DNA of 64,000 nt from Girardia tigrina. Lineage: Eukaryota. The stretch spans positions 1 through 64,000 of the forward strand of contig MQRK01171274.1 in assembly GCA_001938485.1 (NCBI GenBank). The letters run 5' to 3'. The translations under genes and the position numbers were made by a program. The first letter of the stretch is position 1. Each line of letters begins with the position of its first letter. Below are positions 1 through 11,442 of the stretch, one piece after another. A model generated the notes under the pieces. That model did no database searches. It was not told where the DNA came from and worked only from the letters and a program-made list of their open reading frames with translations.

Positions 1-780
1 TACTTACGAACAATTCTCTTCAGTTAAAATTTCTTGCAAATATTTTTGGGCAACTCAAACTAGATTTGATGTTGTTTATATAGTAATTTTCCTCAGCCTT
101 GAAAATTGATGAGATAAAATAAAGAGTAAAATATTTATAATTTTTGATGAAGTAAAACAAACATTTGTAATTTTTAATTCCAAGTTTTGTTAAACTAAAT
201 ATTATTTTCTTTGAAGTTAATAATTTTACTAAAAGAATTNNNNNNNNNNNNNNNNNNNNNNNNNNNNNNNNNNNNNNNNNNNNNNNNNNTTGTTAAACTA
301 AATATTATTTTCTTTGAAGTTAATAATTTTACTAAAAGAATTATTTAAAAATTTCCTATATAAAATTTTCTCAAAAGTGTTCACATGTATTTTTTCAGAA
401 CCCTAACACAAGTAAAAGCAGGAGAGGATAGTATTAAAATCCAGAATGTTAAGATTCCATTTATCTCAAAAACATTAACGGCGGAGTTTTTAAACTAGGA
501 GGGTCTGCATTGGGGGTCGTAATGCGGGATACAACCAAATAGAGACTCAAAATATCGAATTATATAAAATTATTGTATCAGATAATGTTACTACGAGTGG
601 TTATGAAGATTATTTTATTAAAGGAATGATAGTGGACAGTTACAACGAAAGAATGAGTGATGAAAACCGAGAATTTATTTTTACAGGAGAAAAAGGCCTG
701 ATGGCAATGGATGTTATGACGGATATGTTTGGATCAGATTAACTAATATTGAAGGAGAAAGAAGACAGATACGTACTGGG

Positions 781-1660
781 ATGACCTTGGGTTATGAAGA
801 GTTAGAACATGAAGATGAACAAACTTCAGAAAGAGATCAATATACAGCCTATCGAAGGAGAATCAGAAAAAAAGAGAAAATCGCAATTGAAAAAACGCTG
901 AAGAGCATTGACGAATCCATTAAAGCACCGAACGAACAGACAAGAAATAGCCTAATGGAAATTATACGGGCAAATAAAGATATTTTTAGTATTTATAGAC
1001 TGGATATTGGGAAAAGTGATCTAATTGAACACACCATTGAGACCGAAAATGAAAAGCCAATTAATTTTAAACCTAGAAGGATACCCCTGGGACTTGAACA
1101 AAAAGTACAAGTAATGATCGAGAAAATGGAAAAGAAAGGAATTATCAGACCTAGCACGTCCGCTTAGAACTTTCCAGTGGTAGTGGCTAAGAAAACGAAT
1201 GGAGATATTCGACTATGCGTAGATTATAGAGCTCTGAATGCGAAAACAAACAGACCGATATTTCCAATACCATCTTTAGAAGAGATTTTCGATAGTATAG
1301 AGAGATCTAAATATTTTCTACTCTCGATTTATCAAGTGGGTATCACCAAGTACCTGTGGCAGCAGGAGATGTACATAAGACTGCATTCAGTACCATACAC
1401 GGTCAATACTAGTTTCTCAGAATGCCATTTGGGTTATGTGGTACCCCTGCAACCTTTCAGAGATTAATAAACTTAATTTTAAGAAAAGAAAATTGGATCA
1501 ACTGTGTTATATATCTTGATGATATTTTGATTTTTGGAAAGACGATAGAAGAACACAATCAAAGGTTAGAAATGGTGTTATCAAGAATAAAACAAGCAGG
1601 ACTAAAATTAGCTCCAACAAAATGCCGGTTTATGCAAACAGAGATAAAATATATGTTTAG
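781..1660 (+). mobile_element. Ty3/Gypsy LTR retrotransposon pol relic (reverse transcriptase), with stop and frameshifts
   Basis: Motifs read across three ORFs: HTIET..PI..KPRRIP, IIRPSTS, VVAKK..GDIRLCVDYRALN, MPFGLCGTPATFQRL, YLDD, LKLAPTKC. Confidence 0.92.
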
Positions 1661-1699
1661 TATTATTAAATCTTAATTTTTTATTCGATTATATATAAC

Positions 1700-2660
1700 A
1701 ATCACATTTCCCACGGGCATCCGGTTTCATACTATCCACATGGATCTATTGTGTCCTGCATCAGAAGGATACATCTACCTGCTCACCATTGCGGACCGAA
1801 ACTCGCGCTGGCTGGAAGCTTTTACTTTAAGAAACATCAGCACCAACACGATAATTAAGATATTTGTCAACAACTGGGTTTCCAGATTCGGTGTTCCGAA
1901 ACGCCTAAAAACGGATCAAACCAGACAATTTGAAACTAACTTATTCCAGGACTTTCTGAAAACCCTCGACACTCAGGAACTGCGAACTACGGCTTTCCAC
2001 CCTCAAACCAACGAAATGGTGGAACATTATCACAGAACGTAAAAGATCTCCCTCCGAGCCACATCCATCACTCATCAATGGACCAAACAGTTACCGTACA
2101 TCTTACTAGGATGGCGAAACATTCCCAGCAGTTGTCACGGATGTTCACCAGTTCAAATGTCGTATGGTTCCAACACCACACTTATTAACGACCTAGTTTT
2201 CAACAATTTTCCAACCTCTGATGTTCACCTCAAATTGACCAGGAAACATTTTGCAAATCTGGATACTGCCCCTACAACTGATAAATTATGGAAGGTGGTC
2301 ATTAACCATACACTTTTTGAATCCAAATTCGTCTAGTTAAGAACAGAAAACCCAACATCACTCCAAATGAGGTACGCAGGTCCTTATCACGGGATTTCTT
2401 TCGACCAAAATTCTTACATTGCATCCATCGAAGTTAAAGGCAAATCACGAATTGTGAAAATCGAAAAACATAAACCAGCACCACATCTTACTGATGATGT
2501 TCTTCCAAGCTCAATTAAATCCGTACACAAACCGCACGTTTCATTCGCCAAATGAACTTCGTAATCTGACTCCGGGGCGCTCACTCTCACCAAGCTTTGT
2601 TGATTTACTCTCTGACGCCCCACTCTTTTGGTCGGGGGCTGTAGTGGTGAATTATAATAA
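1700..2660 (+). mobile_element. Gypsy (CsRn1-like) integrase relic with putative PPT and 3' LTR start
   Basis: rve motifs HMDL, YLLTIADRNSRWLEAF, WVSRFGVP..LKTDQ..QFE, TTAFHPQTN.MVE, then a GPY motif; G-rich tract (ggtcggggg) followed by TGTAGTG at 2640. Confidence 0.85.
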
Positions 2661-2705
2661 ATAAAATTCTACATTCAAAGTAATTATAACAAAATAAAAA
2701 TGAAA

Positions 2706-2746
<41 letters not shown>

Positions 2747-2959
2747 AATATACATAGAATTACGGATGTGATTTCGAAGTACGACTTTTAAATTGTAATT
2801 AAAATAATAAAAAAAGAAGAAAACAACAATTTTAATTTTGTTTAAATAATATTTTTTTCGAATGCCTCATTGTCGAATGTTCTGATATTAATTGACTCAT
2901 AAACGTATAATGTATTATTGATAAATATGGATATAGTGTGTGAAGTTGATTTTCGCCAT

Positions 2960-5470
2960 CATGCGCATGTTTATTTATTTGATCGAATTCCATCGTGGCC
3001 GAAAGCTCCGAGTTTATCCCCTACCGACGGGCATGATGGCCGCCTACATTTTCTTTATCGAGAGCCATCCCTAATTGATAAGTTTTTATTGTTCATCAAT
3101 TGTTCGTGTTGCTGTTTGTGATAGGACTTCCTGGTTGACGAACCGGAAATCATGCACGTTCGCAGATCTTGGTGTTGTCAGAAGAAGCCTCGATCTACAA
3201 GCGTCAGTAGCCTTTCTATGCCGCTCAGGACGGTCTCGATGACTCGTCCTTTAGAAATCGAAGACTACATTCGACTGGACGATACATCGCCCCACTCGAC
3301 AATAATGGTGTCGGGATTTGCTTTCTTTAAAATGAACAGGGACCTGTTCTGATGATAGACCTAGGCTAGATTCAGTGACGTAAAGATCGTACATCTTGCA
3401 AAACGTTAGAGAATATCCGACATCAGGGGCATAGGATACGCGTAGGGTACTGTGACCTTGTTGAGTCCTCGGTAATCTCCACAAATTCTCAGCGATCCAT
3501 CCTTTTTGGGGACGATTTGTAGAGAAGCGGCTCATGGTGATAATGAACGGCGTATAACACCAGATTCCACGAGCTCTTTGAACTCCTTTTCGGCAAACAG
3601 TCGTCTGTGTTTTGCCAGTTCTCTTCGACGCTGTCGAACTGGGGCACAGCTTGATCAGATCCGATGGATTGAGAAAGGACATTGGGAAACTTACCCTTGA
3701 TGTGATCAATGAAATCGGCAGTCCCCAGGTAAATTGTATGAATGCTGTTGCATGTTGGATCTAAAACCACGGAGCTTGGCATGGTCTCGTTGAAAAGTAA
3801 TCTTTGATTCTTGCAATCGATGAGAATATCGAAATTTTTAAAAACATCTGTATCCAATATGGGCTGTGTAACTTTGGCCACTGTGAATGTCCACTGGAAC
3901 TTCCAGTTCAGTATTTTTAGCAAAAATGTCAGCTGAATTGTTCCGTATGTTTGAACGATGGATCCATTGGCAGCTGTGAGCCGTTTGGTGCTGAGATAGT
4001 TGTGCTCCTGGAATTGACGCGGTAGAACTGATAACGCAGACCCAGTGTCTACCAAAACGATGCTACTGTGATTGACGAATTTGAGATTTGGGTATCTAAA
4101 GTGAATAAACAGCAGCAACTTTCATCGCCTCTTCCATCTGCTCCTCGGATGCAGGGCGAAACTAGTTTTTTGTCGTCTGATACTTACATCCAGTAGAACA
4201 CTCCCTGGCCTCATCGCCATATTTGGAGTGTTGGATGAAAAAATCTGATATTTCCAAAGTTGTATGGTCTCCGTTTCATACACAGCCTGGCTGACATTTC
4301 CTCGCATTATTGCCGAATCTTTAGTGAAGATAAAACATCTGTCTTCGCCTGATGTTCGACCTGTTTCTACTATGAGGGGATTTACTCCGGAAGTGTGATC
4401 ATGCTCTCTGTTTATTGGAGGTTGTTGTAGTCAAAGCAGATATGCTGTTGGTGAGATGAGCCATCATAGACTCCATCTGTGTCATCTGGGGCATCAAAAC
4501 AGAGAATGGTGTATCCTGGGGTGATACGTTCGTTGCAGTAGTAGTGGAGCCGGGTTTTTATCTGATAACATCGGAATGTATCGGGTTGCACCGTTTCAGC
4601 AATTCGGTCAACTATGCACGCTAATTCTTTGAAGTCCCCCGTGGTGGTGGCTGCGAGAATAGCTCTGTGCATGGAAGAAAGCGACTGAATGAAAAATTTC
4701 CTAAGAATTGCTGTGTCGTTATCTTTAGTTATTCCTGGGTGCATCATTTCCAGTTCTGTTATCATCTTCTGAAGGAATTGGGATGGTTTCAAGTTCCAGA
4801 TTTGCTACGTTTTGAAATAATTTTCAAAGATATCGTCAAATGATGGGGTGTGTGCCTGCAATAGTTGTTTGCACTATTGATTGTTTGGCACTGGGTGTGC
4901 GGAAATTTCGCCTAGGTGTGACGCAATTGATTGCAGCTGGTCTGCCGCGATGCATCCTAATAGATGATTGAATAGACTGTTTTGAATCTTAATGTTTTGG
5001 GATTTCATCCGAAAATCCGTAAGGTTGAGCCATTTTTATCCAAGAAGAAACAAGGCGGCGCGACAGTGATCACAAATGTGGATATCTGAGCGTCTATCCG
5101 TGGTTCTTCGCCATTGTCACCCCCTCCAAGTATTGTGGGGTTGAAAGTTACAGCGGTGTGGGAAACTATCCCGTATTGGAACCATGAAAGGTTGGTTCTC
5201 AGCGGTTTGAAAACATGTGATAAGTAAAAAGGTTGTTTGGTGATGGACCCTAGAAGGTATATGAGGTCGGATATTGGTGACATAATGTCGACCTAAAAGA
5301 TGTTTTGTGAGGGATTCACCAAGTTTATTATAATTATGTTAATGGTCAGATTGACATGGTGTGAAGCGCTTCCATCACTTGATCGGTTAATTGGGTCTTG
5401 TCTGTAGACTTAGAGGTTGAGCTTGTCGTTCCTGAGGTCGTCGAGGATAATGGTACTGGTGACATGATTC
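2960..5470 (-). mobile_element. Degenerate Gypsy (CsRn1-like) gag-protease-RT relic
   Basis: Gag-like segments (KPSQFL..M; RKFFIQSL..HRAILA; ELACIVDRI), degenerate CHCC-type knuckle (HSKYGDEARECSTGC, about 4180-4230), aspartic protease LVDTGSALSVLP, RT segment ([12 protein letters not shown]). Confidence 0.85.
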
Positions 5471-5829
5471 AGTTTCATGTTTTGAATAAAATTGAATAGC
5501 TAAAACCAATCTCGAAATATTTAGAAGCATTCTTCAATTTTTATTAAAACAACTATTATGTTAATCAAAAATTATTAATTTTTACCATAAAATTATTTTC
5601 AATTTTTTTCTTTAAGAGTTTTTGATTAAAAATTTTTATTTATATTTTGGAACCAAAACAATATTGATGATACTGTTTCATTTGAAGTTGAAAGCTGCAT
5701 CTTAAATATATCAATCGATAAAACTATTTGACTTGCTTCACATTTAAGGGAAGGCAAGACAGATTCTGAGAATAAAAATATATTTTAAAAAAAAGTATTT
5801 TAAATACTGTAAAATCCCGATCATAAACT

Positions 5830-6307
5830 GCATACATAAAATGTATCGCTCACATCTTGTCACTACTACACGTGATAAAATTAAGAAGGAATCTAAAGTA
5901 GCTTTCATAACTGCTGGATTGACATCAAAGATATAGCCATTAGATCTTACTGTTAACCATTAGTTCAAGTCTAAACTGCGCAAGAAGTGGATGATTGGAT
6001 CATCAAAGATTATGAGAACATCAAACGTACTAAGTCTGGAAATATGAAAGCAGCTGACTGGAATACCATTTTCGAATGGATTGTCTCCTCTTGGGAAGAG
6101 GTTAACCTTTCCACCATTTTGAATGGTTTTCGTGTTTCATTCCGTAAAGACGACGATGTTCTTGAAATTGAAGAAAATGAAATGAATGTGAACGAGTCTG
6201 ATCCAAATATTGCAGTTTTTCATGATCTTGTAGAATTACTAGAAAATTTCACTTTTATTGACAATGAAAAGTGTGATGGTTTTGAGGAGTGTGATGTTGA
6301 AAATTGA
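5830..6307 (+). mobile_element. pogo-family DDE transposase C-terminal relic
   Basis: AGLTSKI*PLDLTVNH*FKSKLR..W, then RTKSGNMKAA...IFEWIVSSWEEV..STILNGF and an acidic tail, typical of pogo/Tigger DDE_1. Confidence 0.8.
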
Positions 6308-6381
6308 AATAAATAAATAATTTTATCTTCAATTTGAATCGTATTTTTAGTTGTATAAGCTGCTCATCATATTAGCTGCAA

Positions 6382-6419
<38 letters not shown>

Positions 6420-6766
6420 AATTATTATACCAGATATTTATACAAATTATTTTGAAAAAAGCAAAAGAAAGTGAAAATAAATTTTTGTTTATAAAAATAT
6501 GATTTACGAAATGACCAATAAAAGAGACTAAATAGAATAAATATTTAAAGTTTTCTGTCGATTTTCAAATTAAAATTATTGTCAGAGTTCAAAACGATCT
6601 TTATTGGCTTCTGTTTATATAAAACCCGTTTGGTTTGTCTGTCATTATTGCATTGTTCATTCATGTCTTTATCAGTTGAAGATTACGACAAAAAGATTCA
6701 AAGGGGTTAAAGGTTAATATTATTTACATTTGACAACTTCTATAGATATTGTAAAACACTTTTTAC

Positions 6767-8104
6767 ATGATGAATAATAATTCTTTGATTAAATTTTTCC
6801 AATCACAGAAAACCAATGAAAATGTTATTAACGAAAAAACAACATTGTTACAGTCACAGAATCCAGATGTCGTTACGGTAGAAGGAAGGAGTTCCACTCT
6901 TTCAGCAGGATGGAATATTTCCAATATCATTCTTGGTATCGGTATTTTAGGGTTGCCTTATGCAATGCTGAAAGGAAGCTGGCTTGGTATTTTTATGAAT
7001 ATCATTGCTGCGTTTTTGTGTTGTTCAACTGGTAAAATTATTGTGGAATGTTTGTATGAAAAAAAGGATCATTTGAATTTACAAATTAGAGTCCATGAAG
7101 ATTATCCAGACATTGGGGAAAAGGTTTGGCCGAGATTTGGTAGAAACTTTGTCATTATTATCAGTGTTGTAGAAATGTTTGGTGCGTCAACTTTGTATAT
7201 CATATTGCTAGGATCTTCAACATATACTCTATTTAGAGACATGTTTCCTAACTTATCAGAGCAATATTGGTACATTATTTGCTGTGGTTTAGTATTGCCA
7301 CCTTTGTTCATTAAAGACATGGCATTAATAGCTCGATTTTCATTTATTGCTGTCATTGGACTAAGTGGAACAATAGTAACAACTATGATTTATTGTTTCA
7401 CAAAATATCAGGACATCAAAGTAAACAACGTACCGAGAATCTTCTTTCCGGATTTGCCAATTAGTATGGGGATTATCATATTTTCCTACTGTGCTCATCC
7501 TCTACTTCCTGCCGTAGAAGCTAGCATGAAAAGACCTGAAAAATTCGCAAAAATGATTAATACATCCTTTTTTATTTCAGCTGTAACAAAAATTATTTTT
7601 GGAATTATACCCGTATTAATTTTCGGTAAAGGTACTTTACAGTTAATTATAGATAATTTTTCCATTAATGATTACGCATTCTACGTATCGACACATATCT
7701 TCATTCTTGTGAACGTCTTCTTCAGCATGCCTTTGGTAGTTTACATCCTTTCTCGGAAACTTGACGATATATTTCTCGTCAATTATTTTCACAACCTATT
7801 TTGGCCAAATGAACGACTACATTTTCTTTGGATCTTTCTAACTCGATCAATTATTCTTTCATCAATTTTACTGACCGGATTGATCGTTCCATATTTTGCT
7901 CTTGTAATGAGCTTTATTGGATCCTTCACTGGAACATGCTTGACGTTCGTATTTCCATGTTGGTTCAGCCTATCTTTACAAAGTAAGCACCTAAGATGGA
8001 GACAAAAAGCTTATCGGATTGGGATAATCATATTTGGAACGTTTTTTGGTGCGAATGGAATGATCTTTGCTGCAAAGGAAATGATAAAAATTTCCAAACT
8101 TTAA
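6767..8104 (+). CDS. Intronless amino-acid transporter, vesicular inhibitory amino acid transporter (SLC32/VIAAT)-like, 445 aa
   Basis: Intact ORF with about 10-11 hydrophobic segments; AGWNISN..LGLPYAML.G.WLG, CC.TGKIIVECLYE, VE..ASTLYIILLG, GIIIFSY, LVMSFIGSFTGT.LTFVFPCWF resemble SLC32A1/unc-47 (Aa_trans family). Confidence 0.88.
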   Translation: MMNNNSLIKFFQSQKTNENVINEKTTLLQSQNPDVVTVEGRSSTLSAGWNISNIILGIGILGLPYAMLKGSWLGIFMNIIAAFLCCSTGKIIVECLYEKKDHLNLQIRVHEDYPDIGEKVWPRFGRNFVIIISVVEMFGASTLYIILLGSSTYTLFRDMFPNLSEQYWYIICCGLVLPPLFIKDMALIARFSFIAVIGLSGTIVTTMIYCFTKYQDIKVNNVPRIFFPDLPISMGIIIFSYCAHPLLPAVEASMKRPEKFAKMINTSFFISAVTKIIFGIIPVLIFGKGTLQLIIDNFSINDYAFYVSTHIFILVNVFFSMPLVVYILSRKLDDIFLVNYFHNLFWPNERLHFLWIFLTRSIILSSILLTGLIVPYFALVMSFIGSFTGTCLTFVFPCWFSLSLQSKHLRWRQKAYRIGIIIFGTFFGANGMIFAAKEMIKISKL

Positions 8105-9929
8105 ACTCGATTATTTAGTAATAAGATTAAGATTTAATAATTAGTGAAAAAAAATGAATATTAAATTCAGTTTTTATATATTATATTTAGGTTTTATTGA
8201 ATAAAAATTTCTAGTTTTTGAAATATAATTTTTGAAATTATTTTATTTTTTTCATTTATTAACATTATTAATTTATAAACCAGAAGTTAATTTTTATCAA
8301 CCTTTGTCAAATCCAAGAACGATTTGACTTCATAAAAGAAACATTTTAAAGTATAAATACATTAAAAAACATAAAAATAAAATTTATGATTCATGTTTAG
8401 ATTATTGTTTCTATCGGTTTTACAAATACTGTTTAATATGAATTCTAATGATACCCTTTTTGAGTCATAAATCACACCAAGCAACCTTTAAAGGATTTTG
8501 TATTTTATGCAATAGAAACCATACTGGAACGGTGTTGATATGCTTGATAATTTTGTGTTGAAACAAATTTGATGTCCAAAATAAAAAGTTTTTTTCGGAA
8601 TTATATATTAAATAAATATTAAAAGTTAATATCAGTGTTCAATATTTTAAAGGAAAAATGCTTGAAATGTTATGGCAGAATCGAAGTTATCTTCGAAAAA
8701 AAGTGCATTCGAAGAACTGATCGTTCAAAGAAATCGCTTTCGAAGAAATTACAGTGAATAAAAATATAAACCTGTTAAACAGAGAGGACAACAGACGGGA
8801 GTCACAGAAATTCCCAACTCTGTTTGTAGCACGTAGCTTGAAAGTGGACGACAACCATCCAAGCTCTTCAAATACTTATCGGTTGATTCCATGACTTGTA
8901 CTGTCCGTCAATACAATACGATTTGCAAGACATGTCACACAAACTTTGCGTCATTAGTTTTGTTCGGTAACCATTCTCTTGCTTACAAGCAGAAATGAAG
9001 TATTATTCCGTCAAAACGCCTCAGACCGCAAAGGGTCGCTGCACGTTGCCAACATGAACTAATGGTCATAATTACGAAGAAATTGGTGAGAATGTATATA
9101 GGATAGACAAAGAAAACCTTGATCTGAATAGTATCTCCATTCCACTGGATGAAGAGATTCATACTTCCCCTATTCATTTCACGATAGAACATATTAATTC
9201 GCCAAGGGAATTGAGCTATAGAATAAATAATGTGTATTTTATCTAATTTTTTCTTATTTTAATTTTTTATCGCTATAATCCTTTGCTTTTATTATGAGAG
9301 AGAATTATTTGAGCCGACCAATTGGTCTAAACCAAAACAATCAATATGAAAATAAGTGAAATTAAAATTGCAAAAAATTCGATAAAGAATAAAATGAATT
9401 AAACCGGAATTCGATAAAAATAAAGGAGAGACACTGAATTACAAAATGACTGAATAGTTTTCAATAGTCTCCTTTTGATAATTTAGTTACATTTTATTTT
9501 TGTTATGTTTGAACATAAATATCAAGATTTAGTAAAATCATTAATTCATAATTAATGCAAATGATAATAGTTTTAATTTCACTTGTTGTTATGTTGATTG
9601 TTTTGTTTTAGACCAATTAATCTAAAGCCAGAATTTTAATATTAGTTTTGTGAAAAAAATGTGATACGATCCGAAAAGGGTAACGTAAGGGACGGTTAGA
9701 GCTGTGTGATGTCATATTTAATGAGGTCAGGTTTTTTGTGACGAAATGTGATGAGGGGGATGGGTGTTGGAAGTCTGCTAAAATGGCGTGACATCTAGTT
9801 AACAAATATTGCTATAGCTATAATATTTTAAAAGTTAATTTTATTTTTATTTAATATGAAATTATTAAAAACAATATTTTTTATAAAAGACATTCATAAT
9901 GTAATAATTAAAACTTTATTGACTTTATT

Positions 9930-10363
9930 GACCTGAAGTTGCATGTAATAATAGCTAAGTATTTGGTGCAGACTCCATATTATTGATAGTTTTAAATATT
10001 TGCGGCCCGTAACGACAGCCTTGAAGACAATGAGTGTGGTGGTTGTACTTCTGTAATTGACAATCGACAGTTGAATGCAATATTTGGAACAAACTCATCG
10101 ACTACTGTTTAAGAACTTGCTTGTTAATTAAAAACGTCACCTAAAACAATTTCAAAAGATTTGAAGGCAATCAGGAATAAAAAAATCTATTAATGGGTTC
10201 CTCATGAACTGAAAGACCACCAAAAGAAACACGGTAATAAAGTATCATTGTCACTTTCATTGCGCGACAAGAATGAACACTTTTTAAACCAGATTGTTTC
10301 TCTTCATAATGTGCTCTTCATAAAAAGTATGAAAACTGCAGGAACTATCTTGATAATCTAGTA
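9930..10363 (+). mobile_element. mariner transposase relic with 3' TIR remnant
   Basis: SLEDNE.GG..S.IDN..L..I...; WVPHEL motif at 10194-10211; FLNQIV; several stops; TIR-like gcaggaactatcttgataatcta+gta at about 10338-10363. Confidence 0.8.
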
Positions 10364-10468
10364 ATTTACTTTGATAGATTAATTAGACGAACACCATTAT
10401 TTTATTAAGTATTTATTTAATCACGTTTATCTCTGATACATTAGGTATCAAATAAATAAATCTTATTG

Positions 10469-11442
10469 TTATTTAATATCACAAAGCAAGGCTACTCCTC
10501 GCATTACCCAATGATCTGGGGTTTTCGAACATGGGAGTTCAACACAAGCAACATATGTTAAATCAGTTCTTCGTGGTTTCTTATAAATTGGAGTTGAGTA
10601 TAATTTAGATGTGTCAATTTTATTTTTCATAGCCTCTTGTATAGCATATATATTAATTACTGGCAAATTGTCATACAATTCCTTAGGTTTAGGCTCAGTT
10701 AGTCTGCTGTTTCTTTTGTCCCATGCAGCACCTTCTATAAATAAGCCGTAAACATAAACCCCTTCCTTAGGAGATTCTCTCAATTCGTCATGCAGATGTT
10801 TTGTAACTTTACTTGTTAATACCACACTATCTAATGCCCATCCTTCATGGCTACGAGTAACTTCTTGTCTCATTGCTGTTAGAAAACCTTGAGCGTTGAA
10901 GAATCCCGTCATCCAAAATGCCACTGGTCTTCCATCGTTTAACCAGGTGGAAAACTGACTATTCCTATCAATAAGCTCACTAAACCAGAATCCAAGAGTA
11001 GTAGAATCCCAGGAAATCTAAATTTATTTAAAATAACGTTCTGTAAATTATCAAAAAGCAATTTAGTTTTACCCTCAACCAAACATTTGGAATTTTTGCG
11101 TCAAACAAACAATCAAGAGCATCTCGTAGATTTTCATTCATAATTATAGTTCCCTGAATCGCCAGTTGCAAATCTACAAGTGTGGACCGAACAACTTTTA
11201 TGACTTTATTCATTCGATCAACTTCTTGTCGGAGAAATATATTCATTGGTTGTAAGGCTCCCATTTTTTGTAACTTTTCTTGGACAATGTATGGGACGTA
11301 ATTGTTCGGCAGTTTTTGTAACATATCTCCACACTGTCGCATGACGACACTTTCTCGTGTTTCACCTCCACCACTGGACGAATCTTTTGGCTGAATTGAT
11401 AATATAGTGTCCAGAATAAGTTTAGTCGTTTTTGTTGAATAT
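10469..11442 (-). CDS. DNAH5: Dynein HC last two exons (C-terminal domain)
   Basis: 11073-11442 and 10469-11017; [33 protein letters not shown]; stop codon at 10469-10471. Confidence 0.95.

Noticed and set aside
187-342. About 53-bp direct repeat on either side of the N gap at 240-289
   Set aside because: Typical unmerged contig overlap; assembly artefact
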